This document shows positions 31,230-36,186 of a stretch of DNA of 36,186 nt, one piece after another. Source of the DNA: Squatina squatina (Eukaryota); contig JARFOE010000004.1 in NCBI GenBank assembly GCA_031763465.1, positions 14,237,724 through 14,273,909 of the forward strand. The letters run 5' to 3'. A program made the position numbers and the translations under genes. Numbering within the stretch: the first letter of the stretch is position 1; every line of letters begins with the position of its first letter. The notes beneath the pieces are model-generated. The model was not told the DNA's origin. It searched no databases and worked only from the letters and a program-made list of their open reading frames with translations.

Positions 31230-34200
31230 NNNNNNNNNNNNNNNNNNNNNNNNNNNNNNNNNNNNNNNNNNNNNNNNNNNNNNNNNNNNNNNNNNNNNNN
31301 NNNNNNNNNNNNNNNNNNNNNNNNNNNNNAAAATTCTGACCTGGTTAATTTAGGAATCATTGATGTGCTTAAGCTTGAAAACTGTGGCCTCAGAAAACCA
31401 TTTACAATCATGAACCATTTATGGAAAATCTGGTTTGGGTTGAATTGTTTGCAGGGCAGTGGAAGAGCACAGCTCACGGAATCATGTTTGTTTTCAATCA
31501 ACTTGTCACTAACTACAAAAATAGAAAAAATATTGATTACCCAGGACTTTCCCTTCATCTTAATGGACACAACAAATCACAGTCATAATTCGGTATGCTC
31601 AGAATGCATCACATTCAATTAATTTGTCTTTTGATATATATGTACATTCAGACGACATTAAATTAGGAGTATTATTCAGTGGAACCAAGACTCCTCGTTA
31701 TAATTTTTAATCTCATTTCATCTTTTTGGACATTAAGTCAAGTTAAATTTTATTCTCGTTAATGTTTGAGTACAGTACATGGTAATGCATGGGCTTTTTT
31801 GTAAAATTGCTTTTGATGTAATTGATCTCTTCTGAGGAGCTTAAATTATTGCCCAGTTATACTGCAATCTGAATTTGGGATCACAGTTATGAGAAAGCTG
31901 GAGTGAAAGTAGGGAATGAAGTTGCCGATCTAGTGTTATGTCAGTTTTTGGGAAGCCGTGTGCAAGTTCCTCAAGGAAGCAGTTTCACACTGTTTAACTT
32001 TCACAGCAGCTAGAGTTGGACCATCTAGGAACTTTCATTATACAAACAAAGATTGCTGGAAAAACTCAGCAGGTCAGGNNNNNNNNNNNNNNNNNNNNNN
32101 NNNNNNNNNNNNNNNNNNNNNNNNNNNNNNNNNNNNNNNNNNNNNNNNNNNNNNNNNNNNNNNNNNNNNNNNNNNNNNATTAGTCTTGAAATTCAATTTG
32201 GTTGCCATTTTTGGGTCATATACTCGACTTAAGGCTTGTTTCCTGAAACCCACAATGACACACTTTATACATTTCTGAAGATATATTACATAAAGGTTAT
32301 GACTGCATTCCAATGCCCTAGCTTCTGTTACAGTAGTTCAAGCATGCTGTCCGCTAAGCCATATGCTCATTCACAGGCAAGCACATATTGGCTGCTCTAC
32401 CATGCCTTAACAACTGGAATATATTTGATTGAACAGTTTGAGTCTTTCCCATTGTGCCTGCACTTTGGATTAAAGCACCATAGGCTACTCCAAAACATGT
32501 AATTTCATTATTGATGAATTAGATGACTGTTATTACTAATGATGGTTTGCTAATGTAAAACAGCTGTGGATTATGTATCGCCACATAAAACTGATACCAA
32601 ATCTTGTCCATAAAATTTGAGGGTTATGTCCATGAATCACAAAAACAGATGGCAGCTCCCAATGGCGCAGTCACAAGAGAATATGGTAAAAGAATTATGG
32701 AAACTGAAGAAGAACATTTTGCCTGACAGTTTGACAAATGAAATACCTACAATATCACAATCCAATAAATCATTTTTCAGTGGGACCTTGCAGAAAAATA
32801 TCATAACAATTAAAGCCATTGAAAATAGCATGGGATTCTAAGTACTTTGAAGCTGCAATTAGCCACAAGTACCTNNNNNNNNNNTTTTATGAGTGTGCTC
32901 CACTGGCATATTGCAGAATGGGAACTAAATGCTGGTGGTAGCTCAGATTGCACCCTGGGAGAAATGGTCACAGTTGTTTAGGAAAGGATTTCATCACCTT
33001 ATATAAGGGCATCTCAGGAATTAAAGAGCTTCACTGGAAAAAATGGAAAAAATATGGCCGCATTATTGTATCAATCAGAGTTAGGCAAAATCATCAAGAC
33101 AGGAAACTGAGGACTGAGGCAATAGGCAGTAAAGATGGGTTTGCTGGATGTTTTGTGCAGGAGACGCTTCCTCCTCAACAGTCAAGTGCTCTGATGCAGT
33201 TTTCAGTAATCCACACCTTGCTTGAAACTAACTTAAGAAAACGATATGTCGATAGGCTATTTATTATCAGTTCCTTGGAAGCATAGACTTTGATAAGTGC
33301 AAAAGCTACAAGANNNNNNNNNNNNNNNNNNNNNNNNNNNNNNNNNNNNNNNNNNNNNNNNNNNNNNNNNNNNNNNNNNNNNNNNNNNNNNNNNNNNNNN
33401 NNNNNNNNNNNNNGGAACAATGTTCCAGTCCATATTCATCAAACCAATTTGTACTGACCTACTGGCAATTCAAGTGCCCCATAGAATCCATCTATGTCTT
33501 CCCTATATTCAGTTTTGGAAATAAGGTTGAGTTCACTAAGTCTATGACATACATGATGGTGGGCTGGATATGTTGTACCCTTACCTGGTTCATTGGCAGA
33601 TGGGCACTGGGGCTACTGCTTCTCTTCCACCTCATGTCTAAACTGCTCTGTCTCAAGATGTCACTGGCTATCCACTGCCTTCATTTCCATCTTCCACACT
33701 TTCAGCTGGAATGCTCTTCCAAATTATTTTCTGTACTGCTTCAGTTTCTGCCATTTACTGTTTAATTTTCTTTAACTTTGAACATTCTGTTTGGTCTGAG
33801 AGTGATCTTTGTTCCACTTCAGCAGCTAACAATTGTTACAAGTTGGGCTTTCTCCAATACCTTTTTCCATTGTAACGACATGACAATTTCTGGCAGTGTC
33901 TAATTAATAATGCTTGGCTAAATAAAATCTATGCAAAATAATTAGAGGCTCACTGATGTTTGAAAATTAGTTGGTGTTACCTGCTGCTCTGCTCAAATTG
34001 ATTATCACAGAATTATCTAATCAGACACATGTTTTATACATGTATATAACCTTCAGGAAATGTTCACATTGTTGCACAATATCAATCCCAATTTAACATC
34101 ACAAACTAAAATCCCTTTCGAATCACATTGTCAGAAGAACTGGCTTGGCGAGATGCTTTAAAAAACAGTGTGAAAGAGCTGAACTAGATTGCTGAAAATC

Positions 34201-34369
34201 CTAGAACATTGAAGCACTCTAGGTTTATGATGGTATCAGCTGATGTTATTTCAGGTCCCTCAGACTATCAAGCTAGGTAGTTCATCCCAGATGATATTGT
34301 CTTTTCCCTCATTGCATCATCAGCAGTCAACACAATGGCACTAGAAACAAATGTGTGGAAAATATAAAT

Positions 34370-34600
34370 CCTTTAACCAATTTCCCAAGCTTCCCTGCAA
34401 GTCACACATACTGATTGGACTTGTATCACCATTCCTTCACCATTGCTGGTAAAATTGCCTACCTAACATCAGGAGTAGGAGCACCATCAACACAAGCACT
34501 GCAGCAGTTCAAGGACAAAGCTCGCCACCACCTTCTCAGGGCAACTAGGGATGGGCAAAACATGTGCCTTTGCCAAAGCTGCCCACATTGCGAGAACTAA
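34370..34600 (+). mobile_element. Decayed CR1/L2-group LINE 3' end
   Basis: cctacctaacatcaggagtaggagcaccatcaacacaagcactgcagcagttcaaggacaaagctcgccaccaccttctcagggcaactagggatgggcaa (LP........L..FK..A.HHLL ORF-end pattern). Confidence 0.55.
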
Positions 34601-36186
34601 TAGGATAAAAATGGAAGGGTTTGATTTTATTTTTAAGTTAAAATTGCACCTTTCACCAAATTAATATCTTATTTATTCAATAAAGCTTTGCAATGCCATC
34701 ATATACCAGAGCATCACACATCACAGAAGGAGGCCACTCGGCCCATGGTGTCTGCCACGGCGCTTTGTAGGTTATGTGTCAAGGAATAGTTTGTGTTAGT
34801 ATTATGTGTTTAAACACCCAGCACTTGAGTTGATTGCCAAATGTTGAAGCAGTGTTGTAGAGCCCAACCACAGCAGTACCTCTCTTTCAAAGTGACATGA
34901 ATACTGTTTGTGAATATAACACAACACAGCTAATGGTTTGGCCACAATATACAGCTACAAAACTATTCTTATAGAAATTTGCTGTAGAACATGTTTTAGG
35001 CACCTATATAGATTCTATGGTACTAATGATAAAACCTTAGAAGAAATGTTTTAAGGCAATATGCAAATGCTAATAATTCATTCCTTCACCTACCAGCATT
35101 ATTTTTTGTCAAATCACTGCTTGCAACATTAATAAAAAATAAAGTAATTGCAGTTCTTAAAGGTACGGATGCCAGAATCATTCGTTTTTCAAATTCCAGC
35201 TTCACAAAACAATTATGGCTACTTAACCAGAATTACACCATTTTGATTTCCAAGACAACTAAAGTTTACCAGTTAATATAAAATAAGGGACAGAGAGGGA
35301 GGTTTGAGCCCATCTTATCTGGTATCTTAAAGTTCACCTGCTCTTCATCAGAATCTGCCGCCTTCTCACTTGCACAGTAAGTGAATGAATTTTCCACCAT
35401 AACAGTTTAAAGAACCCCCATTAATATTTGTCTTGAGTTGCTTAGGAGGCATTATTGTTAGAATTATTGATCAGATACTAAAGCACAATTCTAAAATATA
35501 TCACCAGTGCATCACTTAAAAATAAGCACTCAGTATTACTCTGTTCATGAATAAATACATTCATTCTTCTGTAGGACTGCAAAAGATCATAAAGAAGTTT
35601 GCAACAAGGCATATGCTTGTTGTTTGGAATTTGGCAGGTACTGAGCTGAGAACCTGATGTTTTAGATTTTCTGGTTCACTGAGTAGAAGATGAATCATTC
35701 CTAAGAGAGGAAAGAATCATCTGCCCTAGCAAAAGGATAAGGTTAAAAATAAATAAGCAATAAAAATGCTTCCTTTTAGGGAGTTATGTTTGGTGTCAGC
35801 AAAATGCATCCAAAGACATAACATATTTTATAGCTTAAACATCAATTTAAGATGAGCGAATTTACAATGCCCCATCTGGAATCTAAGCCCTGTAAAGCTC
35901 ACGGCAGGTAGTTTTAAACACACTGTGGGGAGTTAACATATGTAAAGGGAGTGTAAGTGGTATGTGTGAAAATATGACAAAGTGGTTTATGTTGGATGAA
36001 AAACTTCTTTTCTGTTTGTGACAAGACAAATCAAGCTATTCTTCGGTCCGTACGAGTTTAACAGATTCAATGAGCGCTGTGTGCAAAGCATTATTGATCA
36101 GTGGCTTCATATTCTTATTTTAAGCGGAGAACCTAAATTTAATAAAGACTCTCAGTTTAATTGCTCTCAGTCCAATTAAACTTCTA

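Noticed and set aside
1-36186. CRISPR array, operon or other prokaryotic system
   Set aside because: No regularly spaced direct repeats; the sequence is intron-containing vertebrate DNA. The recurring 100-N blocks are assembly placeholders, and ORFs spanning them are unreliable.

Overview
Eukaryotic genomic DNA, most likely a shark or other cartilaginous fish judging from the repeat families. The assembly is fragmented, with fifteen 100-N gaps and one 10-N gap. The main feature is a complete, intact 22-exon ZPAX egg-coat (zona pellucida) gene on the minus strand (ATG 14531 to TAG 5700, 945 aa), assembled by hand with consistent splice phases. It has a signal peptide, a ZP module, a furin-type site, a C-terminal transmembrane helix, one GC-AG intron and a GC-rich TATA/CCAAT/E-box promoter. 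Immediately upstream lie two exons of a diverged second ZPAX copy. After a gap comes the 3' end of the KCNS3 (Kv9.3) coding sequence on the plus strand. The rest is mostly decayed repeats: CR1, RTE, Tx1/L1 LINEs, Deu-type SINEs, Harbinger transposase and Myb remnants, and MITEs. Unexplained structures include a ~620-bp-arm inverted duplication just downstream of ZPAX and a 45-bp near-perfect hairpin next to a LINE tail. I see no evidence for a wholly new biological system; the best leads are the ZPAX duplication and rearrangement signals.
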